DNA of 64,000 bases, taken from the IMG/VR virus record IMGVR_UViG_3300032116_000119; one strand, given 5' to 3'. Source of the stretch: an uncultured virus (IMG/VR IMGVR_UViG_3300032116_000119) (taxonomy: Duplodnaviria; Heunggongvirae; Uroviricota; Caudoviricetes). The position numbers and the translations under genes were made by a program. The notes beneath the pieces are model-generated. The model made no database searches. It worked only from the letters and a program-made list of their open reading frames with translations, and was not told the DNA's origin. This document shows, in pieces, positions 7,593 through 18,290 of this stretch (positions are counted from its first letter, which is position 1; each line of letters starts with the position of its first letter).

Positions 7593-8312
7593 ATGTCAGT
7601 TTCTAAATCCATGGACTTTCCCACAAGCAAAAAATCAAGTTACGCAGCGCAGGTAGTAGAAACACAGACAACAAATACCGATGTATTAATTAATTATGTT
7701 CCTGTTCCTGGTCCTATGGGTCCCGTCGGACCTGCGGGTATACCTGGACCACAAGGACCTGCTGGTAAAGATGGATTGCCAGGACCTAAAGGTGAAAGAG
7801 GAACTCCTGGAAAAGACGGACTAAGTTCTTTATCTTCTTCTGGACAGCAAGCAGGATGGGCTTCTTACTTTAACCTAAATAGAAAGCCTACAAACCTTGG
7901 TGTCAATTATGGAGATGATGGATGGGTAAAGGTTTGGGTAGATTCCAAGGGTAGCAATACAAATGAAAAATACCTGCCAGAAGGATGTACCAGCCTCTGG
8001 AATGCAGAACAAAGAATGCTTAACTTCCATGGCCTTAAGGTTGGATCACAGGTATTCGTAACCTATAACTTTGAACTCACTACTGAGTCTAACAATACAG
8101 AGGTTTGGATGAGGACGTTTTTCCCTAAATCTACCACCGAAATTTCGCAGTTCGTGGCATCCCTAAAATATCAGTATGTCTATAATATGTATGTAACACA
8201 GCATTTCTTTATAGAGGACAACGCTATGTGGAATTCTGGAGCGGTACCTCAAATTAGAACCGACTACGACTCATCCGTAATTATGAATTCTATCTACGTC
8301 AGCGTGGTATAA
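7593..8312 (+). CDS. Collagen-repeat protein
   Basis: [31 protein letters not shown] tract; leaderless start. Confidence 0.75.
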   Translation: MSVSKSMDFPTSKKSSYAAQVVETQTTNTDVLINYVPVPGPMGPVGPAGIPGPQGPAGKDGLPGPKGERGTPGKDGLSSLSSSGQQAGWASYFNLNRKPTNLGVNYGDDGWVKVWVDSKGSNTNEKYLPEGCTSLWNAEQRMLNFHGLKVGSQVFVTYNFELTTESNNTEVWMRTFFPKSTTEISQFVASLKYQYVYNMYVTQHFFIEDNAMWNSGAVPQIRTDYDSSVIMNSIYVSVV

Positions 8313-8319
8313 TAATTGC

Positions 8320-8802
8320 ATGGCATTTCCAGCAACCTATGACTTTAACTATTATAAGGGTGATACCTTTGAGTTTCGTATCTACCCGAAGAAAAATGAT
8401 GGAACTGTATTTGATTTAAGCGCATTTTATGTGCCAACAAACTATGCAAATACGCCAGATGATGTAACAGATACTACAGCCCCATACGATAGTGCACAGT
8501 TCACTATTGCAGAGTTTCGTGGTGCAACAAGAACGGTGAATGGCGTTACTCAGACAGCAGTTCCAATTAAATGTTTTGCTAGAGTTTCGGATGATAATAC
8601 CTTTGTTCAATGTGCAATTAGACCAGCAGAAGGAAATCAATTGATTTCAGGAACAGAATATGTTTATGACGTTGAAGTTAGAAAGCCAGCAGGTGCAGCA
8701 GGCAGCGGACAGTATGAAATTGTTCAGACCTTGTTAACAGGAGCAATAACGGTTACTGATCAAGTCACTGGTGCTACTTCTGCAACTCAGCCAGGTGCAT
8801 AA
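8320..8802 (+). CDS. Virion adaptor-like protein (paralog 2)
   Basis: YYKGDTF...YVYDVEV...LLTGAITV; TGGTATAAT at 8305-8313. Confidence 0.6.
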   Translation: MAFPATYDFNYYKGDTFEFRIYPKKNDGTVFDLSAFYVPTNYANTPDDVTDTTAPYDSAQFTIAEFRGATRTVNGVTQTAVPIKCFARVSDDNTFVQCAIRPAEGNQLISGTEYVYDVEVRKPAGAAGSGQYEIVQTLLTGAITVTDQVTGATSATQPGA

Positions 8803-9398
8803 TGGCAGACATACTTTTATCAAATGATGACCTAACAATTTTTGGCGGTCCAGAAACAGTAAGCCTTGACCTTGATATTGGTCCACAAGGGGATCGTGGA
8901 AGTATAATCATCGGAGTATTAGGAGATCCACGAGATGCAAATGTGGCCTCAACAATTGTTCAGGATACTCAGGCACTAGATATTGCAATAGACTATCAGC
9001 CAGTCTCTACAACATATAAAACCGTTTTTCAAAAAGTTTCTAGTGGCGGATCTTTACAATGGACTCCGCTTATAAATTTAAAGACAAATTATTATTCTTC
9101 AATTAAGGATGTTACTGCTGCTAATGGAAAACTTACAATACCGCCAATAAATGTGGCAGATATATATGGGTCTTCAGGAATAACTGCAGCAACTTCGGCA
9201 GCGTTTAATGTTCAATACTCAATATCATCTCCAGATTCTGCTGGACCATTGGCTACAAGTCTTGTTGTTAAAGAATTAATTACTAGCCAAGGCTTTTTGG
9301 CTCTACCACTTGAAATAAAGGGTGTAGAATATATTGATAACGCTTGGGCTCCAATTAGTGGCTCTAAGCGTGTTCATTTATTTATTACAGTGGTATAA
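8802..9398 (+). CDS. Putative structural protein with short GPQGDRG motif
   Basis: Coupled ORF in the structural region. Confidence 0.55.
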   Translation: MADILLSNDDLTIFGGPETVSLDLDIGPQGDRGSIIIGVLGDPRDANVASTIVQDTQALDIAIDYQPVSTTYKTVFQKVSSGGSLQWTPLINLKTNYYSSIKDVTAANGKLTIPPINVADIYGSSGITAATSAAFNVQYSISSPDSAGPLATSLVVKELITSQGFLALPLEIKGVEYIDNAWAPISGSKRVHLFITVV

Positions 9399-9417
9399 TG
9401 ACGAAGGGTGATGTATA

Positions 9418-11796
9418 GTGGCAGAAGAGAATATTGATAATACCGTCAACGGTACTGGACTCTTCAATACCAAAATACCAGGATTGACAGATGCTGCAGA
9501 CATTCAGGCAGCACTTCGTTTATATCACTACGGTTCATATACATATGATGGCGCCAATACAAATACATCGCTTATACCAAACCCTTCGGTTGCAAAACAC
9601 CTACAAAATCTTGTAGACGCAGATGCTGCAGAAATAGTAAATAGAAATGCTGCAATTGCAGCCCATAATGCAGACACCACAGATGTACACGGTATACCAA
9701 ATACAGCAAATTTAGCAACACAAGCATTTGTTACAACATCAATAACTAATGCAATAGATGGTGCTACTGGCGGATATCCAGAACTAGCAGGAGATGGAAT
9801 TGTTTGGGATTCAGTAAATGAAGAATTTGATCTTGAAACTCCAATACTAAACAACAACACTGTAATAACTAAAACTTCTGGCTTTACTTTAGATCCATTA
9901 GATGTTAATAAAACAATACTGTTATCTACATCATCATCAATGAATTTAACTATACCGCTTAATTCTAGCGTTAATATCCCTATTGGATATAAGTACATCT
10001 TAATTGAAATGGGAACTGGAGTTACTACTTTTGTTCCAGCATCTGGAGTCACAATCAATAGTAAAAATAATCAATTGTTTATTGATACTCAGTATGGCCA
10101 TGTGGTTTTAATAAAAGTTGCAGAAAACTCATGGGTTGCATATGGAGATATTTATGAAGGAACAAATGAAACTCCTCCAACTGTATATAGTGTAACCTAT
10201 AATTGTGATTATGGATCGGTATGTCCTCCAAATACAACACACAATGGAACATACACAATTCCATCAACATCACCAACTCCTGGACCGCAACAAGGTGCAT
10301 TTATTGCATACATTATTCAGTCTGATGGGTCTTGTGTTTTCCAAAATGCTTCAAATGTATCTCCTGGAGATATTATTAATTGTTCAGCAAATCTAACACT
10401 TTCAGCATATTTTGCTGATCCACCTCCACCACCAGTTACACCTGCAGTAACTCCTGTTACTCCAGTTACTCCAGTAACACCAGTTACTCCAGTAACACCA
10501 GTTACTCCAGTAACACCAGTTACTCCAGTAACACCTGTAACACCAGTTACACCTGTTGTATGTGATGGAACCCCAGAATCATATACAGCAATAATTCCAA
10601 CATGTAATGGGGAAGACTCTTACGAGGGTATTTGGCAAGGAACAAGAAGACTTTGTTCTGATGGAAGTTATGAAATATTAACGGTAGCAGGACCAGGAAC
10701 TGGAACATTTATAGGTTATGGAAACTGTCTTGCTACTAACGTAAGTGCTTGCGGTGGTTCTGGTGGAGCAGGAACATCTCCATGCGTTACACCAGTTACT
10801 CCAGTAACCCCAGCAACAGGTTGGTATTACGCTTTATGTAATGGAACAACACCTGTAGCAGATGGTCCATTTGACAGTCAATTAGATGCAGAAGCCTTTA
10901 TTGCTGTAAACTATGTAAATCCTACACAAGTAAGTTATCAACAGGGATCTGCTCCTGCACTTCCAAACTGTACACCAGCAGTTACACCTGCAGTAACTCC
11001 TGTTACTCCAGTAACACCAGTTACTCCAGTAACACCAGTAACTCCAGCGGTTACTCCAGCACAAACTGTTTATGCCAAGTGGTGCTCAAATGGCATAGCA
11101 TACTCTGACACTGGCAGCGATTGTGCAGAAATTGAATCATTTGTAATTGCAAACTATACAAATGTAAGTAATTTTGTATGTCAGGTAGGATCACAACCAG
11201 CAACACCTACTTGCTCTGTTACAGTAACACCTGCAGTGACACCTGCAGTAACCCCAGCAGTCACACCTGCAGTAACTCCAGCGGTTACACCAGCAGTCAC
11301 ACCTGCAGTAACCCCAGCGGTTACTCCAGCACAAACTGTTTATGCCAAGTGGTGCTCAAATGGCATAGCATACTCTGACACTGGCAGCGATTGTGCAGAA
11401 ATTGAATCATTTGTAATTGCAAACTATACAAATGTAAGTAATTTTGTATGTCAGGTAGGATCACAACCAGCAACACCTACTTGCTCTGTTACAGTAACAC
11501 CTGCAGTGACACCTGCAGTAACCCCAGCAGTCACACCTGCAGTAACACCTGCAGTAACTCCAGCGGTTACACCAGCACCATTCTTCCCACCAGCATTCCC
11601 ATACTTCCCTTATTTCACTATTCAAGAGCCAGATGGTGGAGTAACACCATCCAGTGGAGTAACACCATCCAGTGGAGTAACACCATCCAGTGGAGTAACA
11701 CCATCTAGTGGAGTAACACCATCTAGTGGAGTGACCCCATCTAGTGGAGTTACACCAGCACCAACTCCAGCGCCTGGTGATGATGTTCCAGTATAA
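9418..11796 (+). CDS. Fibre/adhesin-like protein with PVT/PAVT mucin-like repeats, Cys modules, [13 protein letters not shown] and (GVTPSS)n
   Basis: 792-aa ORF; N-terminal fibre motifs shared with 18803..20968; tandem Pro/Thr repeats. Confidence 0.75.
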   Translation: MAEENIDNTVNGTGLFNTKIPGLTDAADIQAALRLYHYGSYTYDGANTNTSLIPNPSVAKHLQNLVDADAAEIVNRNAAIAAHNADTTDVHGIPNTANLATQAFVTTSITNAIDGATGGYPELAGDGIVWDSVNEEFDLETPILNNNTVITKTSGFTLDPLDVNKTILLSTSSSMNLTIPLNSSVNIPIGYKYILIEMGTGVTTFVPASGVTINSKNNQLFIDTQYGHVVLIKVAENSWVAYGDIYEGTNETPPTVYSVTYNCDYGSVCPPNTTHNGTYTIPSTSPTPGPQQGAFIAYIIQSDGSCVFQNASNVSPGDIINCSANLTLSAYFADPPPPPVTPAVTPVTPVTPVTPVTPVTPVTPVTPVTPVTPVTPVTPVVCDGTPESYTAIIPTCNGEDSYEGIWQGTRRLCSDGSYEILTVAGPGTGTFIGYGNCLATNVSACGGSGGAGTSPCVTPVTPVTPATGWYYALCNGTTPVADGPFDSQLDAEAFIAVNYVNPTQVSYQQGSAPALPNCTPAVTPAVTPVTPVTPVTPVTPVTPAVTPAQTVYAKWCSNGIAYSDTGSDCAEIESFVIANYTNVSNFVCQVGSQPATPTCSVTVTPAVTPAVTPAVTPAVTPAVTPAVTPAVTPAVTPAQTVYAKWCSNGIAYSDTGSDCAEIESFVIANYTNVSNFVCQVGSQPATPTCSVTVTPAVTPAVTPAVTPAVTPAVTPAVTPAPFFPPAFPYFPYFTIQEPDGGVTPSSGVTPSSGVTPSSGVTPSSGVTPSSGVTPSSGVTPAPTPAPGDDVPV
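11044..11546 (+). repeat. Exact ~233-bp direct repeat, 270-bp period (Cys module plus PAVT spacer)
   Basis: 11044-11276 is identical to 11314-11546. Confidence 0.9.
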
Positions 11797-11828
11797 TATA
11801 TAAGATTTTGATAGTGTATAATTTATAT

Positions 11829-12074
11829 ATGCAAAATCGTATAGATAAAATAAAAGAAATAATTGAAAACAATAGAATATCTAAAGTCAAACCAATAGAC
11901 ATAGTTAAATCTGATACTGATTGGGTAAGCGAAGATATATCAAATAAAAGATATTCAATTTGTCAGTCATGTCCAGAATTAATTAAGTTAACAAAACAAT
12001 GCAAAAAGTGTGGATGTTTTATGGCAGTAAAAACTAAGTTATCTCTAGCAGAATGCCCAATTGGAAAATGGTAA
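11829..12074 (+). CDS. Small Cys-rich protein (DUF6171-like)
   Basis: RxxICxxCP...CxxCGCFM..K..L....CP.GKW; start 6 nt after TATAAT at 11817-11822. Confidence 0.7.
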   Translation: MQNRIDKIKEIIENNRISKVKPIDIVKSDTDWVSEDISNKRYSICQSCPELIKLTKQCKKCGCFMAVKTKLSLAECPIGKW

Positions 12075-12670
12075 TTAATAAAAAACAAATTGCTCCAGGA
12101 ATTATTGTATATTCAAATGCAATAGAAAACCATGAGTCTCTTGTATCTGATATAGAAGATGGCGCTTCTAGTGCAAAAATAGAGTGGATAGAAGCAAAAG
12201 TAAAAACAGATGGAGATTCATATGTAAATAAAGAATCAAGAGATACCCTTGTTATTCCAGTTCGATATAGTAATATAGAAATAACAAATTTTAATACTTT
12301 TCATGATGCTTTTAATGCAACTCTATCAAATCTATTTTTAAAATTTTTAGCACCACTAGAAGATGATTATAAAAGAGATCATGCTTTAGCGACAACCTGG
12401 CATGATCAATATAGCATATTAAAATATGGAATAGGACAAAAATTTACAAATCATATAGATGATCATAAAGATTTTCATAGAAGAATGTCTACAATTTATT
12501 ATTTAAATGATAATTACGAGGGTGGAGAAATAGTTTTCCCTAGGTTTAATGTTATTTACAAGCCAAAAGCAAATGACTTCATTGCCTTTCCATCAAACTA
12601 TATGTATAATCATTCAGTATCCCCAGTTATTTCTGGACAGAGATATGCTGTAGTTAGTTGGCTAACATGA
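12068..12670 (+). CDS. 2OG-Fe(II) oxygenase, prolyl-4-hydroxylase-like
   Basis: HID...YLNDNYEGGE...FPSNYMYNH...RY. Confidence 0.88.
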   Translation: MVINKKQIAPGIIVYSNAIENHESLVSDIEDGASSAKIEWIEAKVKTDGDSYVNKESRDTLVIPVRYSNIEITNFNTFHDAFNATLSNLFLKFLAPLEDDYKRDHALATTWHDQYSILKYGIGQKFTNHIDDHKDFHRRMSTIYYLNDNYEGGEIVFPRFNVIYKPKANDFIAFPSNYMYNHSVSPVISGQRYAVVSWLT

Positions 12671-13698
12671 TTTTATCATGCGATGGTATTACACAGGAAA
12701 AATTTTTTGACTATGTATTTGATAGTGTATCTATTAATAATTTTTTTATAAAAAATGATGATGGCCCAGTAATTAATGTACCTGGAGAAACCTATTTGTT
12801 TCAGACACATTCGGCATTTGGTCATTCATTAATGGACATATATGGACAATTTAAAATTTTACAATTAAAATATAAAAATATAAAGCCATTTTTTTATGAA
12901 ACTCAGAACGGATACTTTAATCAAAACAAGGTAACAATAGACCAAATGTATTTCCTTGGCTATAAAAATCCAGAAGTTTTTAATATTTCAGTCGGAAATT
13001 ATTCTTTTGAAAAGGTAATAATGTTTTTTGACATGAACCTTACATTCCCACAAGAGTTTTATTCAAGCAATGGTGCAACAAGATCACTACAATACTTTCC
13101 ATTTTGTGACTGCCCTGTAGGCGGAGGTAATGGACAAATGCATTGTGGTCAAAGTGAATATTTTAAATACAATTATTTAGCAATAGATATCTTAAAAGAA
13201 AATTTTAAAGAATTTTATAGTGATAAGAAAGAAGGAAATATTTTTGTTTCAAGACAAAGATTTAATAACTTTCGTAAATGGCAAATTGAATTTTATTCAA
13301 ATAAAGATTTTTTATCTGAGAAAGATAAAGGAGATTTCTGGTTTGCTAAATGGAGATACTGCGAAAAAGAAGACTTTATACAAAAGAAATTTGAAGATAA
13401 TGGATGGAAAATTATTTATCCAGAAGATTATAGTTTAATAGAACAAATAAAAATTTTTAGTTCTGCAAAAAATATTGCTGGAACATCTGGTACATGGGAA
13501 TTTCATTCTTTTTGGGGAAATAAAGAAACAAACATTTTTGAAATTTCAGCAATTCCAAATCACAGGTATCATTATAAAGAGTTTGTAGACTACTCTGGCA
13601 CAAATCATTACTATATTAACGTTGTCAATTTGTCTGAAGAAGAAACATTAAATTTAATTCAAGAAAATATTGATAAAATAAATGAGAAAGAAAGTTAA
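12667..13698 (+). CDS. Glycosyltransferase family 61 (DUF563)-like
   Basis: FGHSLMD, IFVSR and PEDYSLIEQIKIFSSAKNIAGTSG motifs. Confidence 0.7.
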   Translation: MILSCDGITQEKFFDYVFDSVSINNFFIKNDDGPVINVPGETYLFQTHSAFGHSLMDIYGQFKILQLKYKNIKPFFYETQNGYFNQNKVTIDQMYFLGYKNPEVFNISVGNYSFEKVIMFFDMNLTFPQEFYSSNGATRSLQYFPFCDCPVGGGNGQMHCGQSEYFKYNYLAIDILKENFKEFYSDKKEGNIFVSRQRFNNFRKWQIEFYSNKDFLSEKDKGDFWFAKWRYCEKEDFIQKKFEDNGWKIIYPEDYSLIEQIKIFSSAKNIAGTSGTWEFHSFWGNKETNIFEISAIPNHRYHYKEFVDYSGTNHYYINVVNLSEEETLNLIQENIDKINEKES

Positions 13699-13706
13699 AA
13701 TATAAT

Positions 13707-14294
13707 ATGTCAGATTTATCAGCAATAGACATGAATCTTGTTAGACAGGCAATTATAGAAAAAAGGGTTCACGTATTTAAAAATCCTTTTCCAACTCTTC
13801 CATCATTAGATACAATTATGTCAATGGTTTCTCAGTATGTTGATGAAGATTTAGAAAAATTTCCACATAGATCATATCGCTTAAATGATTTTATTGAAGG
13901 AGAATCTTCAGACATGAGTCTTAAATGCAGATTTTGGTCTAGATTGGCGTTTCAACTTTATGATCCAGAAGACAAATATCTATCAATTATCCCAGAATTA
14001 TTACCAGTAACAAAATGGGGTATTTCTCAGTATTCTTCAGAAGTATACGATGGAAATTTTGCATTGGTATCTCTTATGAAAAATCGTGGTGTGGTTGGAA
14101 GCAAGCATAGTGACTATGTTGATCAGTTCCAGTGGGTAGTTAAAGGTGAAATGATATGGAGAACAGGTCCAAATTTAGAAAATGAAACTCATGTTGTTGA
14201 GGGTGATTTTATTTTTGTTCCAAAAGACCTGGTACATGAAATTGAAACAATAAAAGCCCCAAGGGTAGCAATAAATCTTATTTTGAGAAACTAA
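13707..14294 (+). CDS. JmjC/cupin-type Fe(II) oxygenase
   Basis: HSD..D.F..VVKG...W...GDFIFVPK..VH..R. Confidence 0.7.
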   Translation: MSDLSAIDMNLVRQAIIEKRVHVFKNPFPTLPSLDTIMSMVSQYVDEDLEKFPHRSYRLNDFIEGESSDMSLKCRFWSRLAFQLYDPEDKYLSIIPELLPVTKWGISQYSSEVYDGNFALVSLMKNRGVVGSKHSDYVDQFQWVVKGEMIWRTGPNLENETHVVEGDFIFVPKDLVHEIETIKAPRVAINLILRN

Positions 14295-14326
14295 AAAGCA
14301 CCTACAGGGTTTCCATAGGTGCCTTT
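14295..14326. terminator. Bidirectional terminator between convergent genes
   Basis: A-run, GCACCTA...TAGGTGC stem, then CTTT. Confidence 0.65.
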
Positions 14327-14339
14327 AGATTATGTTTAT

Positions 14340-14900
14340 TTACTTAGGAAATTTTTTCATCCATTCTCTGGTCTTAGGCGTAATACCTTTCCATGAAGAC
14401 CAATCTTCTCCGCCATTTGTCATATAGTATGCGATTTCTGCATTTTTGACGGGATTAAATAACTCAGCATTAGAATCAAGATCAAACTTAGTTCTACGGT
14501 CTGGACCCAATTCATCAATCATATTTATTTGGAACATTCCATAAGAGGAGTCCCCAGTCTTATGGTTGCCATTAAATGCCAAAGGCCTACCATTAGATTC
14601 TTTCTTGGCAATGGCCCAAGCCACCACAAGATCTTGCCCCTTAAACCCTACAAGGGAAAGGAGTTGCTTTAATTCGATATCGGTCAGAGAAGTCTTATTT
14701 TCAAAACTCTCTAATTTTTTAGCCTTAGAAACCAAAAAAACCTCTTTCGAGGCGTTTTCTGCTTTTTGAGCCTGTTCAGTACTTAAATTGTTCTTTATAG
14801 TTATTTCTTCAGCATTAGCAGCATTTGATAAAGTCACTACTAAAGCCAATATACTGAGTGTGCTAATGATCTCTTTGTTTCTTTCGATAAATTTAATCAT
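14340..14900 (-). CDS. Secreted lysozyme-like/SLT lytic transglycosylase
   Basis: Signal peptide (..NAANA/EE); AIAKKES catalytic Glu, GMFQIN, WSSW; GGAGG SD. Confidence 0.8.
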   Translation of the reverse strand: MIKFIERNKEIISTLSILALVVTLSNAANAEEITIKNNLSTEQAQKAENASKEVFLVSKAKKLESFENKTSLTDIELKQLLSLVGFKGQDLVVAWAIAKKESNGRPLAFNGNHKTGDSSYGMFQINMIDELGPDRRTKFDLDSNAELFNPVKNAEIAYYMTNGGEDWSSWKGITPKTREWMKKFPK

Positions 14901-15003
14901 AGTTTCCTCCTTAGAAAACAATAACACCTTGGTAGGTGTTACTACCAAGTATAACACAAAATTTAGTCAAAAGTCAACTTTATAGGATGGTATAATAAAG
15001 ATT

Positions 15004-15564
15004 ATGCCACAAGGTTCATCTAACTATCCTACTATGAAGTACCCGCTTGCTTCAGATCCCGTCAATGTACACGGAGACTTTAAAGTATTAGTTGATGCTT
15101 TAAATAATATTTTGCCACCGCTAGGTATGACTAGCGTTGCTTCTCCTGTAAGAAATACAAGTTCTTCTATTTCTCTTCCCGCAGGAACGCCAGTATTTAT
15201 TTCAGGAAGCATATCTCATGATGGAAAATTAAAACCAACTGTTGAAAAATATAATCCATCAAGTCCAACACATAATCCTAATAATCCGATACTTGGTTTA
15301 ATGCAGGCAGATACTGCAACATTAAGTGATGGCATTGCTGTGGTTTCTGGAATTATACAAATGAATACAACAGGGCTTGGATCTTCTGGAACTAAGGTTT
15401 ATGTTGATTCTACTGGAAGTCTTGTCGGTGGTCGCCCATCAACTGGAGCAGCAATATATGTTGGTGTTGTTGCAATCCAAGCAACCAAACCACTTGGTGG
15501 AATGATAGTTGTTCAGACAAAAGGCAACGGTACATGGGGAGCCCTTAAAGACGGGTTGTCGTGA
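15004..15564 (+). CDS. Putative structural protein
   Basis: Leaderless start after TGGTATAAT at 14988-14996; Gly/Ser/Thr-rich beta pattern. Confidence 0.6.
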   Translation: MPQGSSNYPTMKYPLASDPVNVHGDFKVLVDALNNILPPLGMTSVASPVRNTSSSISLPAGTPVFISGSISHDGKLKPTVEKYNPSSPTHNPNNPILGLMQADTATLSDGIAVVSGIIQMNTTGLGSSGTKVYVDSTGSLVGGRPSTGAAIYVGVVAIQATKPLGGMIVVQTKGNGTWGALKDGLS

Positions 15565-15576
15565 TATAATAACATT

Positions 15577-15966
15577 ATGGCTACCTTTAGAAATCAACCC
15601 ACAGATTCTTACGCTCTTGGTTCAGCACCTCCAGAGGTTCGTTGGACGGTAGTTAGAGGAGACTCTGCAGCATTTAGAGTGTATGTAACAAATGATGCAA
15701 GAGAGCCAATTTATTTAGAAGACTGGGAAATTAAAATGGACATTTATCGTCCATCAACAGATGATGTTATTGTTACATTATCTCCAGAGCCAATTGAGTT
15801 TCAAGACACAGAAGGAAGTTTCACGGTAAACCTAACATCTTCACAATCAGAACTTTTAGAGACAGGAGATATCTTTGATATTCAACTCACAGAACTTTTG
15901 TCTGAGGGAAGAGTCTGGACGGTAGCCAAAGGGTCTATGGTTATCCTTGAAGATGTTACACAATGA
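15577..15966 (+). CDS. Virion adaptor-like protein (paralog 3)
   Basis: WTVVRGDS...FDIQL...VWT...G.M..LEDVT, closely paralogous to 5677..6072. Confidence 0.65.
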   Translation: MATFRNQPTDSYALGSAPPEVRWTVVRGDSAAFRVYVTNDAREPIYLEDWEIKMDIYRPSTDDVIVTLSPEPIEFQDTEGSFTVNLTSSQSELLETGDIFDIQLTELLSEGRVWTVAKGSMVILEDVTQ

Positions 15967-16211
15967 TAAATCAAAATTTACTTCCAATAAACGAACAAGT
16001 CTATAACACAACTCATAGAGTAGCACATGCTCAAATAAAAGAGTTAGACAAAAAGTATGTCAGAATCAATTATATACAGCCAAAAGCAAAGATAGAAGAG
16101 GTTTTACCTTTTCGTGTTCAGTTTATTAATGTTAGCGTGTTTGGGTATTCTAAGAATAATCCACCCCCAATACCGTTGCAAATTATAGGATATAGCAACT
16201 ATATTTTATAA
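15963..16211 (+). CDS. Hypothetical protein, 82 aa
   Basis: ATGA-coupled. Confidence 0.6.
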   Translation: MINQNLLPINEQVYNTTHRVAHAQIKELDKKYVRINYIQPKAKIEEVLPFRVQFINVSVFGYSKNNPPPIPLQIIGYSNYIL

Positions 16212-16234
16212 TAAAAAGGAGTTATAATATCACC

Positions 16235-16681
16235 ATGGCAAAGATATCAATACCTAATTTGAAGACAAAGTTTGAGACTGGGGATCGCCCCACGCAACAA
16301 GATTATGAGGATTTAATTGATTCTGCCTCAGCCCGTTCAACCGACCTTGGTTCAATGGGTAATAATGAAAACACAATTACAGGTATTGAAAATGCCACAG
16401 TAATTGATAACTTTGACGCCACAGAATGGCGCATGGTTAAGTATCTTGTTTCTATCGCAAAAACAACTGCGGGAGATAACAAGTTCTATGCAACAGAGTT
16501 GACCATCTTGGTAGACGGAACGAATGTAAACGTCTCTGAGTTTGGCACAATAGACAATGATGGGAATATTGGCACCGTTAGCGTCTCCAGGGTTGGAAAT
16601 ACAGTATCCTTGACGGTTACTCCAGACCCTGCGATTAAGCCAGTCACAGTTCGTTTTGCACGAATTGGACTTAAGGCATAA
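16235..16681 (+). CDS. Structural protein sharing a C-terminal domain with 16698..18257
   Basis: FETGDRPTQQDYEDLIDS N-terminus; paralogous beta domain. Confidence 0.65.
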   Translation: MAKISIPNLKTKFETGDRPTQQDYEDLIDSASARSTDLGSMGNNENTITGIENATVIDNFDATEWRMVKYLVSIAKTTAGDNKFYATELTILVDGTNVNVSEFGTIDNDGNIGTVSVSRVGNTVSLTVTPDPAIKPVTVRFARIGLKA

Positions 16682-16697
16682 CTAAGGAGATAAAAAA

Positions 16698-18257
16698 ATG
16701 GCAACAGTAAACAAAGACTTTAAAGTAAAGAATGGTCTCATTGTCGAAGGCACAACAGCAACAGTAAACAATTTTGACATTCTTACAAAGAAGACAGACG
16801 ATCAGACCTATATCGTCAACCTGATTGGCGGAACAGCCACATCAGCAAATGAAGCAAACAAAGTTGTAAAGCGTGATGGCTCAGGCAACTTTGCTGCAGG
16901 TACAATTACAGCAGACCTCGTTGGTGATGTAACTGGTAATGCAGATACAGCAACCACACTTGAAACTGCTCGTACAATTGAACTAACTGGAGATGTAACT
17001 GGTCAAGTTAACTTCAATGGTTCACAAAATGTTCAAATTTCTACAACACTAAACGGATCTTTTGCTACAGATGCAGAAGTTGCAACAGCCAAGGGCGAAG
17101 CAATTTCAGATGCAGGAGATTACACAGATGCTCGTGAGACAGCAATCACAACTGCTTACGAGGCTTATGCTGATCAGGCTGAGGTAGATGCTAATGCATA
17201 TACAGATGGCCGTGAGACAGCAATTACAAATGCTTACCAATCATACGCAGACACTGCAGAGGCAGACGCAGTTACAACTGCAAATGCTTACACAGACACT
17301 GAAATTGCAGCACTTGTAAATGGAGCCCCAGCACTTCTTGATACACTCAATGAGTTGGCTGCAGCAATTGGTGATGACGAGAACTTCGCAGCAAACCTTG
17401 CTACATCAGTAGGAGAAAAGGTTTCAAAGGCTGGAGATACAATGACTGGACTTCTTGTCCTTTCAGCAGATCCATCAGCAAACCTTGGTGCAGCAACAAA
17501 GCAATATGTTGATGCAGCAGAGGCAAATGCAAACTCTTACACAACTTCCCATGTCACAGATACTTTGTACCCAGCGGGTATAGCAATCTTTGATCCCGCA
17601 GGTTCTGCTAGTACAGCACAAAGCAACGCTCAAACATTTACAACAAATGCAATCAATGATCTTGACACAGATGATATTGAAGAAGGTACAACAAACCTTT
17701 ACTACACTGATGCTCGTGCAAAGGCAGAAGCAGCAACGCTTCTTGCAAATGCAACAAAGACAAACATTGTAATCACAAAGGACGGATCAAACAATCTTAC
17801 AATTACCGCAGAAAACGGTGTTGCAGATTCTAATACTGATCAACTTGCAGAAGGTATAACAAATCTTTACTTCACAGATGCTCGTGCAGTTTCTGCTCTT
17901 GAAGCAGTTACTCCAGACTTCCCTGCAGTAGAGATTGCTTCTGTAGCAAAGCAAGTAGCAGCACAGGCAACTGTCGCAACTGCAAGCACAAGCACAGCAG
18001 TTTCATGGGCTAAGGCAGACTATCGTTCTGCTGAATTCTTGGTTAAGATTGCTGCTGGAACCCACACAGAGGTTTCAAAGGTTATCCTAACACTTGACAC
18101 TTCAGACAATGTCGCTATCACAGAATACGCAATGGTTGGAACAAATGGTGATCTTGGATCAGTTTCAGCAGATGTTTCTGGAAACGATGTTCGTCTTCGT
18201 GTCGCAACCCTCAACAATGACTCAACAGTCGCTGTTGTTGGAACACTTTTAAAGTAA
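16698..18257 (+). CDS. Tail fibre-like protein
   Basis: Ala/Thr-rich coiled repeats, APALLDTLNELAAAIGDD, EG.TNLY.TDARA repeats; AAGGAG SD. Confidence 0.75.
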   Translation: MATVNKDFKVKNGLIVEGTTATVNNFDILTKKTDDQTYIVNLIGGTATSANEANKVVKRDGSGNFAAGTITADLVGDVTGNADTATTLETARTIELTGDVTGQVNFNGSQNVQISTTLNGSFATDAEVATAKGEAISDAGDYTDARETAITTAYEAYADQAEVDANAYTDGRETAITNAYQSYADTAEADAVTTANAYTDTEIAALVNGAPALLDTLNELAAAIGDDENFAANLATSVGEKVSKAGDTMTGLLVLSADPSANLGAATKQYVDAAEANANSYTTSHVTDTLYPAGIAIFDPAGSASTAQSNAQTFTTNAINDLDTDDIEEGTTNLYYTDARAKAEAATLLANATKTNIVITKDGSNNLTITAENGVADSNTDQLAEGITNLYFTDARAVSALEAVTPDFPAVEIASVAKQVAAQATVATASTSTAVSWAKADYRSAEFLVKIAAGTHTEVSKVILTLDTSDNVAITEYAMVGTNGDLGSVSADVSGNDVRLRVATLNNDSTVAVVGTLLK

Positions 18258-18290
18258 TAAAAAATAAATAGTTGGAAGAAGGAGCAGTAA

